A DNA stretch of 59,883 bases, the filler included, from Squatina squatina (taxonomy: Eukaryota): the NCBI GenBank assembly GCA_031763465.1. It is 3 parts of 3 records of this genome, joined end to end, with 100 filler letters (N's around TTAATTAATTAA, not from the genome) between each part and the next. Parts side by side here need not be neighbours in the genome. Positions count along the whole stretch, not along the records: positions 21,026 to 40,438 come from JARFOE010000189.1; 2 more parts are not named here. One strand, 5' to 3'. Both the position numbers and the translations under genes were made by a program. The notes below the pieces were generated by a model that saw only the letters and a list, made by a program, of their open reading frames with translations, was not told the origin of the DNA and ran no database searches. Shown here piece by piece: positions 24,581-37,800 of this stretch; within the stretch, counting starts at the first letter, position 1; every line of letters starts with the position of its first letter.

Positions 24581-24751
24581 GACCGAGCTCCAAATCCACT
24601 TAATCGAAGAACCAGCACAACAACGCTGACAGTTGATGTACTTGATGGAGATGACCTTGGACCAAAGTTCCTTCCATGTGTATTGGTCAATAATACAAGG
24701 GATTGCCGTCCTCTTACGTACAAGGCCAATTTGCCTGAACTCACGGACCCA
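24581..24751 (+). CDS. PCDH15: Protocadherin-15 exon (EC2-EC3)
   Basis: [57 protein letters not shown]; cacag| acceptor, |gtaagc donor; 171 nt; includes the PCDH15-specific Cys loop. Confidence 0.95.
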
Positions 24752-26619
24752 GTAAGCATAAATTATATCTGGTTATATCTTTAGCTGCATAAGAACATTA
24801 TGGCAAACTCAAGTGAACTGTTGTGAATACATTAATGTTAATAACTAATTGAGATTCTCCAAGCTTGGCTACATTAGCTTTAATTAATTCATATTTTCCT
24901 CACAACTGAAGCCCTTTTTACCCACACAATAATTATTTTCACCTCAATTTTTGCTACCAAATTATTGAACTCTGCAATTAAGGCAACCTTTATCTGTAAT
25001 ATCTTTGAGCATTAACATGCAAATGAAAAAATATATAATCCATTGTTGAGTGGTATTGTGATATTTCTCAAAGGACAATATTTAAACATCTGATGTACAG
25101 TGCTTCCATTTAAGCAGCGTCAGTTGAGGTTTTCAGCTTCAGTGTTCCTGATGCACAGCAAGAGCATGCAGCAGAAACTTTTGCACCCCAGCGCGTGAAT
25201 TTCCAACCATAATAAGTCAGAAAATCATAGGCAGGGGAAGTGGAATTCCCTCCTGTACGCTCCCGGCACACACCTTGAGCGACCGAAGCAGAAAATTCCA
25301 AACATCGTGCTAGAAAGAGGGCTCAGATTAAAATCCACAAACTAAAATAAGTCAACGCAAAGGGAAATATTCCACAATAAAATCACTGAAACTTGGGTTC
25401 CCAAATCCTGAGCCTCTTCTTTTACAAACAATATTTCTTGATTTGACCTCTCCAACTTTGTCTGGAATTCCCTCTTGGAAGTTATTCAGAATGAAGAAGA
25501 TGGAGGAGAAACAAAAACATTGTTATCTTGAGCCTATTAGCTTTCNNNNNNNNNNNNNNNNNNNNNNNNNNNNNNNNNNNNNNNNNNNNNNNNNNNNNNN
25601 NNNNNNNNNNNNNNNNNNNNNNNNNNNNNNNNNNNNNNNNNNNNNATTGCAAGGTATAACGTAGTCATTATAAAACAAAGTATATTCTAATTAATCAGAA
25701 GCAACATCAGCAGTAAAAGACAATATTTCAGGGAGAGAAAGCCTGTAAAAACATGTCGAGTACTAGGTTCTAGAGTGTTTATGCTTGACTTGGGTCAGTT
25801 AATAACAGGTTTTTTTTTAAATTCAGACAATCTGTTTTCAACAGTATCTGTACCATTAAAAGGGAATGAAATTTGAGACATGAACTTTAATTAAAAGTAA
25901 TATATTGCCTATTTAATTTTTTTGTTGCTGAATAAATTAATTTAAGAAATCCTCCTTCTCCTCTCTTCCCTCCACCCCACCGCCACACACAATGAACTAT
26001 TGTGCAAGTACCATGTTCTGGAGTGTTTATGTTTGACTTGGGTCAGTTAATAACAGGTTTTTAAAATTCATTAGCACAATGAACATTTGCCTTCAGAAGT
26101 GCAAACTTTCCTGGTCGCCAAGTCAAATAGAGATTTTGAACCCAACTATTTGAAAAACAGCCCACCGCAAAAAACACGTTGCAGAGGACAAAGAGGACTT
26201 AAAACCATTCAAAGAGTAACAGCCCTTAAGATTTCTTTAAAAATTATATAGAAAGAGGGCATACCTTGGGCTTTCCAGGAAGTGCCAAAGAAACATATTC
26301 AGGTGCATGGATCTTATACAGCAAGAGAAGAGCCACCAGATGTGTCTGCATTCCCTGAAAAAAACACATTACAATGTCTGTATATACAGAACACCTTATC
26401 CACATATTCACATTATTAGAGATGCAGTATGGACTCTCAGGCTTTTAGATCATATCCATTGTCTTCCTTCCTTCTGATTCTTAACAGGAACAATAGTAAG
26501 CCATTCAGCCTTTTTAGACTGTTCCACCATTCAGTTAGATCATGCCTGGTCTGTACCTCACCTCCACATACCTGCCTTTATTCCATATCGCTCAATACAC
26601 TTAGCCAACAAAAATCTAT

Positions 26620-27032
26620 CCCAACGTGTAAAAAGCCCAACAAGTGAGGATTCGCTATTGGATCCAGTAATGGGGAATGAATCAGAGCAGATAAGAAAAG
26701 TAAAAGTAGGGGAACATCTAGGCCATAATATAATACACTTTAAGATGATAATTGAGAAGGACATAAGTATGATGAAAACCAGGGTAATAGATTGGAGAAA
26801 AGCTGATTGAGGGGCTCAAAATAGAACTTGGGAAAATAAAATAGGCAACAATGTTGGCAAACAACGATGCAGAACAGCAATGGGAAACATTTAAAACCGT
26901 GTTCAACAGAGTGCAGGAACAATATATTCCACTAAAAGAATAAACAAATCAATGATTTGGACTTGGTACTTGGTAATGAACCAGGACAAGTGATAGATTT
27001 GTTGGTGGGGGAGCACTTTGGAGATAGTGACC
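26620..27032 (+). mobile_element. CR1 LINE endonuclease fragments (two pieces)
   Basis: LDPVMGNESEQI..VGEHLG and LDLVLGNEPGQVIDLLVGEHFGDSD, APE C-terminal motifs. Confidence 0.75.
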
Positions 27033-30000
27033 NNNNNNNNNNNNNNNNNNNNNNNNNNNNNNNNNNNNNNNNNNNNNNNNNNNNNNNNNNNNNNNNNNNN
27101 NNNNNNNNNNNNNNNNNNNNNNNNNNNNNNNNCTGTTCAGGAGTGAGCCTAGATCATGAACATCAACAGGTTATTTGACCATACAAGCATAAGAGCTGAC
27201 TCGCATGCTGTCCTCATTAAATATCTACACACATCTAGAACATGACAGTCAGGAGTTGGAGGCCTGGTTGCTTGAATTTTTTGGAAACCTTCCTGGTCCG
27301 GGAAAACTGAGACTAATTGTAGCAACCTCTCTATCGTCTGAGTTGAGATCAGCTTACTCTGCCCAAACCTTGCTCAAATCTATTCCTCACTAGCACATCG
27401 GACAATCTATTTAACCACTGAGGCATTGTGGATAGCTGTTGACTCCAACTTTTCCTGCAATGTGTCAATTGGTTTGCAGCTGGTGCTGCTACATTTGTCT
27501 ATTCCAAAAAAAATCAATATAAATCGTTGATCTTTTCAAGTATTGTCAGGTATATGACCATCTTTATTAATGATCAGGTATTGATCAGCACATGTATTAT
27601 GTAATATAATTGATTCTTTGTAGATAGTTGCAGCAGATCATTAACAAACTCAATTTAGTGGATAGGGCTAAGGTAGCAATATAGGGCTCCTGATGGCATG
27701 TAGAGCATGTAGCTCGACAGTCTTGGACCTAGTCAATTAAGGAAATCCCACCATTAAAAGTGGAATGAGCAGTAAATTATGTGCTGATATTCCTAAAACC
27801 TTTTTCCTATTCTTGGGTTTCAGCCTCAAAGTGTAGTAAAAAGGATGGAGGTGCCCCAAAAGTGTACCGGTGGAATTTTAATTTGGCAGAAAAGATTTAT
27901 TGCTACGTCTATTGGCAACTGTAGCTGCTTTTGAAAACTAAAGTTAATGACAATCCCTGTCTTTGTTGACCTATTGTGTGTATCAATCTAGCAATGCCTC
28001 ATATTTAAAAATGGCATCCATTTCAAAGAATCAGTTAGGCTTTTTGTGAATGTTATAAACTGGCTACAAGTAATAACATCATTGCTGGCCAATAAACAGG
28101 GATTTTCATCAGAAATTTGATTTGGTTATTAAGGTAAATTGAAATTAAGCATTGTTTTGTGTCAAGACTTTTATTGAATACACAATAATATTACCAGAAA
28201 GGAACTGGGATAATATGCAATTAATATTTATCTACAGCAACACAAAATAACCATCTCAGCAGAGATTGGGAGTTACACAAAAGTAAATGTTATGCACTGA
28301 AAAACAGATTGTGCCATAATAGAAAATGTTAACAGTTTTCATTTATGTATTTACTCTGCACCTTTAAATTATTCTTCATTTTGTGGTGGTTTTAATATTC
28401 AATGGAATTTGTGTTCCCAGGGTGCTCCTTTGGTTTTTTTTAAAGAAAATTGTCTTCAAACGAGGGTAAATGCTACATAGCAGTTTAAAACCAAANNNNN
28501 NNNNNNNNNNNNNNNNNNNNNNNNNNNNNNNNNNNNNNNNNNNNNNNNNNNNNNNNNNNNNNNNNNNNNNNNNNNNNNNNNNNNNNNNNNNNNNNAGTCA
28601 CTTTTTGCTGTATGAATTTATGCTCTATAGATTTTTGCATCCAAAAATATGTACAATTTGGCATGGGAGTAGAAGTTCTTTGTTCAGTTTTTATGAGGTG
28701 CTTGTAAACCAAGCATTTTACCTTTCTGTTGGTTGCCATCATTGTTTTGACTCAGAAACTGATTTTATTCATTAACTTAGGACGTGTCTTATACAAGCAC
28801 TGACAAGCTTTACAATTTTGGACATTTGCACCTGGTTGAAAAGAGCATTATGTGCTGGTGTTTTTTTTTAAGTCTTGACCTCTAATAATGTAGCACTCCT
28901 TCCTGTTGTATTGTTTATTCTTTGCTTCTTCTGCCCTCCTCTAAAGTGGAATACTTCACTGCTGCCTAATGCTCTAATTAGCAGACTGATCAAGACTGAT
29001 TACGTGCACTCAATGGGAGTAGGTGGATTCAAATAATTGTCAAAACTCAGAAACAAACGTACGACTCCAAGGCATGAGTGCTGCAGCTACTGGGACATCT
29101 GATGGAGAATTTTATTATTCTGAATGAATTTCTTTTTTTAATGCATGCGTGCCAAACTTCTGTCACAATAGGGAAATCCTCCATGGAGAATAAGCACAGA
29201 AATAGAAATGGTAATGTTTGGTGTGACCTGAATGCAAAATATAGAAACCATTACAGAGATGATGCCTTCTGCATTGACAAACAATTTTTCCTAATATTTA
29301 GGAATGGAAGCTTTTGTAGTAACAACATTATTGTTGCAAGGTCGACTGATGTTTTCGAAATGGTTGTGGAGATCTTTCACAATTATTATGGAAATGTACT
29401 TTGTGATTGCTCACACAATGTTTAACCTAGCACTCCTAATATGGTAGAGTTGAATTGTACTGTTATGAAGATGAGCTCTCTGAAGTGAATACTTGAGTAA
29501 ATGAATGTTCAGAAAAGTGAATGGTTTGCAGTGGTTAATAAATAATCTGCTTGGAACCATTAGTTTTTGTATTGTCACAGAACAGTCCTTTTTAAGTTGT
29601 AAAAGTGACCTATTCCTCTGATCAAATTTAGAATTTCTGTGAATGATGAGCATTCATTTTTTAATATAAAGTTTCTTAATTGAAATATACTTGTGTTTAT
29701 TCAGATATTGAACAGCTGTTCCATTTGTCAAGTTCTGAGAGAACAATAACTAAGGATCTAGTAGATGCTTCAGATTTTGAGTGTTCCCTTTGTATGAGGT
29801 AAGAAAACATTCAACTGAAATGGCAAATATGTACCAGAATTAATCCTTGGATTACAGCACCTTTTGGGAAATTTCAATCTCCCTGTGCTAGTTGTTCTAA
29901 GTTTTCAGCTCCTGCATCAATACTGAAACATCAATACTGAAACATAATACTAAATAACAAAGCTGCTTAAATACTGCAGAGAAATAGCTTTATTGCAGTA

Positions 30001-31639
30001 ATAGTAACCGTAGACAATTAAAACAAAGGCCTCCAAAAAGAAATGAACGCTTCTGCTTGCCCTTTGTGATCAATCCTCTCTTCAGTCTTTCTGCTATCTC
30101 TGAGGTAATCACGTCAATCTTCAGAAGTGTAAGAATCTCATTAACCTGGAAGGGATGCTGGCAGATCAGTAAACTTGTTGGCAGCCCCTTCCAACTGATT
30201 GAGCCCAGACAAGTAAACTGGCTTTCATACAAATATAACGAATAGAGGATACACAGTGCTTTGATGGACAAGTTGGTACGGTCAATAGTTAACAATAATG
30301 GTTATTTGGAAGTTGGTCAAAGACTAATAACATGCATTGTGGAGGCAAATGACCAAGGGAGTGCACATGCCCGGGAGCTGGATCTGATGGCAACTNNNNN
30401 NNNNNNNNNNNNNNNNNNNNNNNNNNNNNNNNNNNNNNNNNNNNNNNNNNNNNNNNNNNNNNNNNNNNNNNNNNNNNNNNNNNNNNNNNNNNNNNNNNNN
30501 NNNNNNNNNNNNNNNNNNNNNNNNNNNNNNNNNNNNNNNNNNNNNNNNNNNNNNNNNNNNNNNNNNNNNNNNNNNNNNNNNNNNNNNNNNNNNNNNNNNN
30601 NNNNNNNNNNNNNNNNNNNNNNNNNNNNNNNNNNNNNNNNNNNNNNNNNNNNNNNNNNNNNNNNNNNNNNNNNNNNNNNNNNNNNNNNNNNNNNNNNNNN
30701 NNNNNNNNNNNNNNNNNNNNNNNNNNNNNNNNNNNNNNNNNNNNNNNNNNNNNNNNNNNNNNNNNNNNNNNNNNNNNNNNNNNNNNNNNNNNNNNNNNNN
30801 NNNNNNNNNNNNNNNNNNNNNNNNNNNNNNNNNNNNNNNNNNNNNNNNNNNNNNNNNNNNNNNNNNNNNNNNNNNNNNNNNNNNGCATGACTTTTTAGTG
30901 GTATATATGTATATATCTGCCCTGGTAAGTTGCTGACATTGTAAGACCTTGCTTTTTAATTAAATAATAATTGATGACCATTGTCCTGCAGCAGACAACT
31001 AAGGACAAGCAGGTTAATTTGACAAATGAAATCCCGGGTCAAGCTTTTCAGCTCAGTCTTTCCCCGGTTCATGACGGATGGTAATCGTTTTTTTTTTACT
31101 ATTTGATTGTAATTTCAGCTACTGTTCAATCACATTTTTCAAAGTCCTGCTTTCTAGTAGGCAGAACATTGGATGATAACTCAATTGAGGATAATCATGA
31201 CTGATTGAGAATACGCTTGCTGAATACTTTAACAGATGACGTGATGCTAATGTCAGTAGAGACTTACTGGCTGTTCTTATTGGCTGTAAAAATGGCCACA
31301 TATTAAACGGAAACAATTGTATGGATGCTTGATAAGAGAGTCTGGCTTTCACAACTATGGAAAATTTCATCTGAACACAGCCTTTCTTTTGGATAGCTGA
31401 CCGATTTTATATATTACCANNNNNNNNNNNNNNNNNNNNNNNNNNNNNNNNNNNNNNNNNNNNNNNNNNNNNNNNNNNNNNNNNNNNNNNNNNNNNNNNN
31501 NNNNNNNNNNNNNNNNNNNAGATTGCGTGATGTCAAAACAAAAAGAAGTGGGACTCACTTCATGGAATAGAAATATTTTATTTGCAACATTAGAGCTCTC
31601 TTAAATGTTGGGCGATTGAAATTGCTATATCACATGGTA

Positions 31640-31960
31640 CCAATTCATCTGGATCAAGCAGATCCCATGTTTGAGCACTGCTGAGCGCTGAGTTAGCTGA
31701 TCCTGGTCTGGACTGTGGTAAAGTTTCTACAAACGGCCGTAGGGTCCCTCGGCTAAGGAGCGGCAAAAAGATAGTAAGCCAAGGTTTCAACTATTGGTCG
31801 CTACTCAGTGATCCTTGACAGCCTGTGCAGGCATCAGAGAAAGACAGAATCAGACACCGCTTTGCACCATGATTGAGGGTCCTGCCGACAGCTACTATTT
31901 AAGCTGACACACAAGGGCTGGCCTCTTGGCTGAGTACCAGTTGTGAGTGGTCATGGAATT
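31640..31960 (+). repeat. Old SINE-like interspersed repeat copy
   Basis: Colinear similarity with 19030-19330 (gagttagctga..., agccaaggtttc, cagtgatcc, gacagaatcag). Confidence 0.5.
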
Positions 31961-32503
31961 GTTCCCGAAGGTGAAGTACCATCTTCAGCAGAAGTGTAAA
32001 GAGGGACAATTGGAGGGATGTTTATGGTAGCTAAAGTGGTTGAGTACTTGACCCCTTTCCGAAGGTTGCACATTTGAATCCCAGTCTTGCTCACTCTAAA
32101 CATTTATTCAGCATGAATAACCTATTCAGATTTACAGAGACCAATTCCTTTGATGTGGTTATGTATTTTTTTTCTTCCAAAATAATTATTCTGGCCTCTT
32201 TTCAAAGAATTTTCTGCTAGAATTTATCACCACTGCACAAGCCAGTTAATGAGCAGCTTGTTAAAGGGAAAGTTATTCAGGCACAGATTCCCCCCCTTGT
32301 ATATTCTTAATATGACAATACTTGTTTGTAAGAAGAATTTCAATTGAAGGTAATGCTTTGCAAGCATGTTTCTTGCACAGTATTGCAGCTGAACAATTAC
32401 TGGATAAAGAGCACAGAGGCACTGTCAAGAGATGAAATGCAGCTGGCATAAGAGTTACATAACTCATGCTACTTCTATGAAATAAGCAAATGTCCAAGGT
32501 ATT

Positions 32504-32683
32504 CTACTGGCCAGTTTCCTTCCCTTTCCTCTTCACTTCGTTCTTGATGTTCTCGTCATCCATTTCCGCTGCCTCGTCCTCGTCGGTGACCTCCCCTGTG
32601 TAGTGGTCCTCCCCCTGCCCATTCAGGCAGTCCTCTAACTTGCCGATCCGTTTTCCCTTCACCAGAACCTTCCATTTCAGCTC
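32504..32683 (-). CDS. Unidentified terminal coding exon, antisense within the PCDH15 scaffold
   Basis: Acceptor atttttgttctgacag|, 59 sense codons plus TAG: ELKWKVLVKGKRIGKLEDCLNGQGEDHYTGEVTDEDEAAEMDDENIKNEVKRKGKETGQ*; strong G/C third-position bias against AT-rich flanks. Confidence 0.55.
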   Translation of the reverse strand, partial: ELKWKVLVKGKRIGKLEDCLNGQGEDHYTGEVTDEDEAAEMDDENIKNEVKRKGKETGQ

Positions 32684-32789
32684 CTGTCAGAACAAAAATC
32701 CAATAAAGCACCCGGTCAGCTCAATGTATGTTGACTGCCTGGTGTGGTACTGAGGCAAACAGACCGAATCATTGGCTCCCAGTCTGGCA

Positions 32790-32918
32790 ACGCCGCCATT
32801 TTAAAATTCTCTTCCTTGTTTTCAAATCCCTCTGGCCTCTCCCCTCCCTATCTCTGTAATCTTCTCCGGCCCTACAAAGCCCCGAGATCTCTGCACTCCT
32901 CTAATTCTGGTCTCTTGA
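32790..32918 (+). mobile_element. L2 LINE 3' fragment
   Basis: FK..SL..GLSPPYLCNLLRPYKAPRSLHSSNSGLL, an L2 ORF2 C-terminal motif. Confidence 0.75.
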
Positions 32919-33831
32919 NNNNNNNNNNNNNNNNNNNNNNNNNNNNNNNNNNNNNNNNNNNNNNNNNNNNNNNNNNNNNNNNNNNNNNNNNNNNNNNNNN
33001 NNNNNNNNNNNNNNNNNNNNNNNNNNNNNNNNNNNNNNNNNNNNNNNNNNNNNNNNNNNNNNNNNNNNNNNNNNNNNNNNNNNNNNNNNNNNNNNNNNNN
33101 NNNNNNNNNNNNNNNNNNNNNNNNNNNNNNNNNNNNNNNNNNNNNNNNNNNNNNNNNNNNNNNNNNNNNNNNNNNNNNNNNNNNNNNNNNNNNNNNNNNN
33201 NNNNNNNNNNNNNNNNNNNNNNNNNNNNNNNNNNNNNNNNNNNNNNNNNNNNNNNNNNNNNNNNNNNNNNNNNNNNNNNNNNNNNNNNNNNNNNNNNNNN
33301 NNNNNNNNNNNNNNNNNNNNNNNNNNNNNNNNNNNNNNNNNNNNNNNNNNNNNNNNNNNNNNNNNNNNNNNNNNNNNNNNNNNNNNNNNNNNNNNNNNNN
33401 NNNNNNNNNNNNNNNNNNNNNNNNNNNNNNNNNNNNNNNNNNNNNNNNNNACCTGACTTTACGTGAGCCTGTTGATCGGGAACGTCAGCAGAATTACACT
33501 TTTACAGTAAGATATATCGGCATGTTTCTTTTGTATCGAATCATATTGTACAATAAGCAACCTGACAGGAAATGAAAATAATCGAAATGATCAGACAGAC
33601 AGTTAATCCAAATGGTCAGTAAAGATAGGCTGTGGACTTTTACTTTCATTGCGTTTAAATCAAGATCCAAATTGGTTGTGATGTTGAAAGTATCCACTGT
33701 AATGCGATTGCTGTTATGCTACATTTATACACTTGAATTGGCAGCTACTTTCAGGAAACCACTTTGCAGCGTTTCCTTCTGGTCAACATTAGAATGCTCA
33801 GCTAATGGCTTCCTTTCTTTGTTTCTGGAAG

Positions 33832-33981
33832 ATGACTGCTTCTGATGGAGTTCAAGAAAGTACTTCGGTCACTGTCAATGTCTTTGTGATCGATGCAAAT
33901 GACAACACTCCAATTTTTCAAAACATTTCCTACAAAGTGAATGTTTACACTGACATGAGGCCCGGAGAAGCTGTCATACAG
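33832..33981 (+). CDS. PCDH15: Protocadherin-15 exon (EC4-EC5 region)
   Basis: [50 protein letters not shown]|gtaacc; DxNDNxP cadherin motif; 150 nt. Confidence 0.93.
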
Positions 33982-34097
33982 GTAACCATTATAAAACTGC
34001 CGTATTGCAAAATGAAATTCATTTATTGTATAATATGCCGTCATTGTTCAACTCAATTCAAAGTTATTTTTACCAAATGCATTTTCTGTATATATTC

Positions 34098-34580
34098 TGG
34101 GGGCAAAATTCCCCAGAGCCCTTATTGGAACGGGAATTGTGGTTACCGCCCCTCACAGGAAGTGGAGCGCAATCTCGTGCGCTCCATTTCCTGTTGGAGT
34201 GGGTTCCAGGGCACAACTGGGGCGTGTTCGTCAGCACTACACGGCTGCTCTGCGTAGTGCTGATGCATTTTAACACCCCTCCCCTTCGGTTAAAGGGTTG
34301 GNNNNNNNNNNNNNNNNNNNNNNNNNNNNNNNNNNNNNNNNNNNNNNNNNNNNNNNNNNNNNNNNNNNNNNNNNNNNNNNNNNNNNNNNNNNNNNNNNNN
34401 NCACACAGTGCAAACTGGGCGGACTCCTGGCTTCTGCCAGAAACGGGCACAAAGTGGGCAGAGTGGCTGCACCACCCATTCAAAGCTGGCATCAGGGGGC
34501 CCAAACCATTCCCAGGTTCTGGCCTTGTTTGGGTTTAGTCAGTAGCTGCGGGGTGCCAGCTGCACGTTAGTTGTTAACAC
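34098..34580. repeat. GC-rich interspersed repeat, MITE-like, split by a gap
   Basis: Starts gggggcaaaattcc, like the left end at 17120; CpG-rich and non-coding. Confidence 0.35.
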
Positions 34581-35146
34581 GCACACCCAAACTCTCACAA
34601 GTGCACTGAGTAAAGATGCACTGACCTGAAATGAGTGTGAAGGCTGAATCATTTAGCACAATCAAGTTGCAAAGATGAGATTAACTGCACAGATCGATAA
34701 TCTCACTCAGAGATTACAAGGATGGCTGCAGAAGGCAATATAGTAACTTTAGCATTGGCGCAGTAGTTGTGCTCTTCTGGGCATGTTCTACCTGCCCTTT
34801 AAGTGCTTTATGATGATTTCGCCAAAATAGAAATGGCTCCGTTACCTGCTCCGCAATCCCTTCACTTACTGAACACAAAAAAATGTTAAGGAACATGGCT
34901 TTCCATAACTTGCATATTGAGAGAAAGCACCTTTGAAATGAATAGGGAAGTGGTTTTGCTTTGAATATGTTTTACATTCATGCTTCAACTTATTTGGATT
35001 CATAATGTGAATTGGTAATAATCCCTTTAAAAATAAGAATTTAACTATGACACATTAAATATTTTGTTTAATGTGAATAATACATTTTGAAATGTCTTGT
35101 GTAAACTGCGTGCTACATTATAATGTTTAATGTTTCTCCTTCTCAG

Positions 35147-35310
35147 GCCACTGATCCAGATGCCGGTATTAATGGGCAAATTCGCTACAGCTTGGCAAAC
35201 TTCAATAACCTTTTCAGAATAACATCAAATGGTAGCATTTACACAATGACGTCATTGGACCGAGAAACAGAGGATAAGTACGATCTGCTTGTGGAGGCTT
35301 CAGATGGAGC
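35147..35310 (+). CDS. PCDH15: Protocadherin-15 exon (EC7 region), 3' end in gap
   Basis: ctccttctcag|[54 protein letters not shown]. Confidence 0.95.
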
Positions 35311-36674
35311 NNNNNNNNNNNNNNNNNNNNNNNNNNNNNNNNNNNNNNNNNNNNNNNNNNNNNNNNNNNNNNNNNNNNNNNNNNNNNNNNNNNNNNNNNN
35401 NNNNNNNNNNCAGTTCTCTGGGGTAGAGAATTCCAAAAGATTCACAGCCAGTTGTTAAGCTGGCTGGCCGCCCAGCGCTCTGGTGGTCCTGAGCAGGCTG
35501 CTCATGGACCTTTCAGTGTAAATAACCGGTCATGCACAAATAATTGGTTAGTCTGCCAGACAGTTAAAGGGCCCGTGCACCAAACAAAGAATGACAGGGA
35601 ACATTGTTCACCGCCCTCTGAGTGAAGAAATTTCTCCTCATCTCGGTCCTTTATTCTGAGATTGTGACCCCTAGTTCTAAACTCTCCTGCCAGGGGAAAC
35701 ATCCTCCCTGCATCTACCCTGTCAGTTGCTGGGCATTTTGCACTGCGCCCTACACCAATTAAGAACTAGTTTGAAATTGTCCAAAGTCATTTCGCACAGG
35801 ATCTTTCCAGGCGGCAGAGGAAGCTCTCAGTTCATCAATCTGGGCTGGCACATGCATAGACGGTAACATTTATAACGTAATATCATTTAATCATTGATAT
35901 AATTTAGGAATAGCTTTTTATTCAGTAAAAGCTTTCTCTAGTGAAATTTTGAAAATTGCACAGCTTTTCTAAATTGATTTATTTTTAACTGAATTAAATA
36001 AGCAAATTACAGAACTATTAAAATTATATTGGCGAGATAAATCTTCCTGAATATTGTCAGTCGAGCTAATTGAAACAGATATATGGGCCTCTTGAGTGTC
36101 GGCTTACTTTCATGTAATCTTTCCAAATNNNNNNNNNNNNNNNNNNNNNNNNNNNNNNNNNNNNNNNNNNNNNNNNNNNNNNNNNNNNNNNNNNNNNNNN
36201 NNNNNNNNNNNNNNNNNNNNNNNNNNNNNNNNNNNNNNNNNNNNNNNNNNNNNNNNNNNNNNNNNNNNNNNNNNNNNNNNNNNNNNNNNNNNNNNNNNNN
36301 NNNNNNNNNNNNNNNNNNNNNNNNNNNNNNNNNNNNNNNNNNNTACAGGATAGGTTAATTCCTCACTTATTATCACACCGCTTTGCTATTCTCTGCCATA
36401 TAGCTGAATCTGGATAAATTATTACTCTCTGATGTGTAGTTCTTAAAATATCTCACTAGTCATTTTTGAAGTGTAGCAAGGGCAAACCGACTTGTTTAGT
36501 TACATTTCAGTTTAATAATTTAATTTAATGGAAATTGGAACAGGATAAGATTTTCATGTCAACTTCAGTGCATTTGTGCTGCAGGTGGGCTTGTTATTTA
36601 CCCTGGTACTTGACGTTTGAATATCGGTCTGAGCCTGAATTCCTGTACAGATATTGAAGCATTCTTGCAATAGA

Positions 36675-37800
36675 AAGAAAGAATTTTCATTTACATAGTG
36701 CCTTTGAAACATCATGAGCATGTTTCAAAGCTGTTTACAGCCAATTAAGTACTTTATTTGAAGTCATTTTTGTAATATAGGAAATGCTGCAGCCAGTTTG
36801 CGCACAATGTGATAATGACCCGATAATCTGCTTCAGTGACATTGGTTGAGGGGTAGGACACTGGAGAGAACTCCCCNNNNNNNNNNNNNNNNNNNNNNNN
36901 NNNNNNNNNNNNNNNNNNNNNNNNNNNNNNNNNNNNNNNNNNNNNNNNNNNNNNNNNNNNNNNNNNNNNNNNNNNNCTGGTCATTCTCGCCAAGCCAGTC
37001 TTGATGTTTCCTGGCAGAGAAACCAGGAAGTCATTCCCCGCTCCTCCGTTCACTCATTCTCCGCCTCAGGACTCCGGTGCTGACACTCTCGCTAGCAAAC
37101 TGGTCCATTTCCCCTTGCATTTCTATAGCACCTTTCACAACCTCAGGACGTTCCCAAGTGTTTCACAGCCAATGGTGCGCTTTTGAAGTGTAGTCACTGT
37201 TGTAATTGCTCCACCATTGGTGGCCATGCCTTCAGCTGCCTAGGCCATCCTGAATTCTTTCCCCAAAACTCCCTATCCTCTTAAGATTTCTTTTATTCAT
37301 TCCTGGGATGTGGGTGTCGTTGGCAAGGCCAGCATTTATTTCCCATCCCTAGTTGCCGTCGAGAACGTGGTGATGAGCCGCCTTCTTGAACCACTGCAGT
37401 AGCAGTCGTTTACAATTGAGAGGCTTACTAGGCCATTTCAGAGGACAGATAAGAGCTGACCAGGTAAGGATGGCAGATATCCTTCCCCAAAGGGCATTCG
37501 TGAACCAGATGGGTTTTTAATGACAATCGGATAGTTTTGTGGTCACCATTACTGACACTAGCTTTTTTTTAAATTCCAGATTATTTTTTAATTAACTGAA
37601 TTTAAATTCCACAGCTGCCATGGTTGTGATTTGAACTCATGTCTCTGGATCAATAGTCCAAGCCCTCTGGATTACTAGTCCCACAATTTAACCACAACGC
37701 TACCCCCGATCTTGTGCTGCACTCGCTGGAGTGGGGCGAACCCACAACCATCTGACTCAGAGGCAAGAGTGCTACCATTGAACCACAGCAGACACACATA
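36675..37800 (-). mobile_element. Cluster of SINE and LINE-tail fragments
   Basis: Two similar tails (ttcatttacatagtgcctt...cagccaat at ~36685 and ~37115), a LINE 3' end matching 13378-13589 at ~37295, and tRNA-like heads at ~37620-37790. Confidence 0.6.

Noticed and set aside
29915-29954. 14-bp tandem repeat (catcaatactgaaa, ~2.8 copies); also 16-bp direct repeat at 55372 and 55442
   Set aside because: Ordinary slippage-type duplications; no spacer array or CRISPR-like structure.
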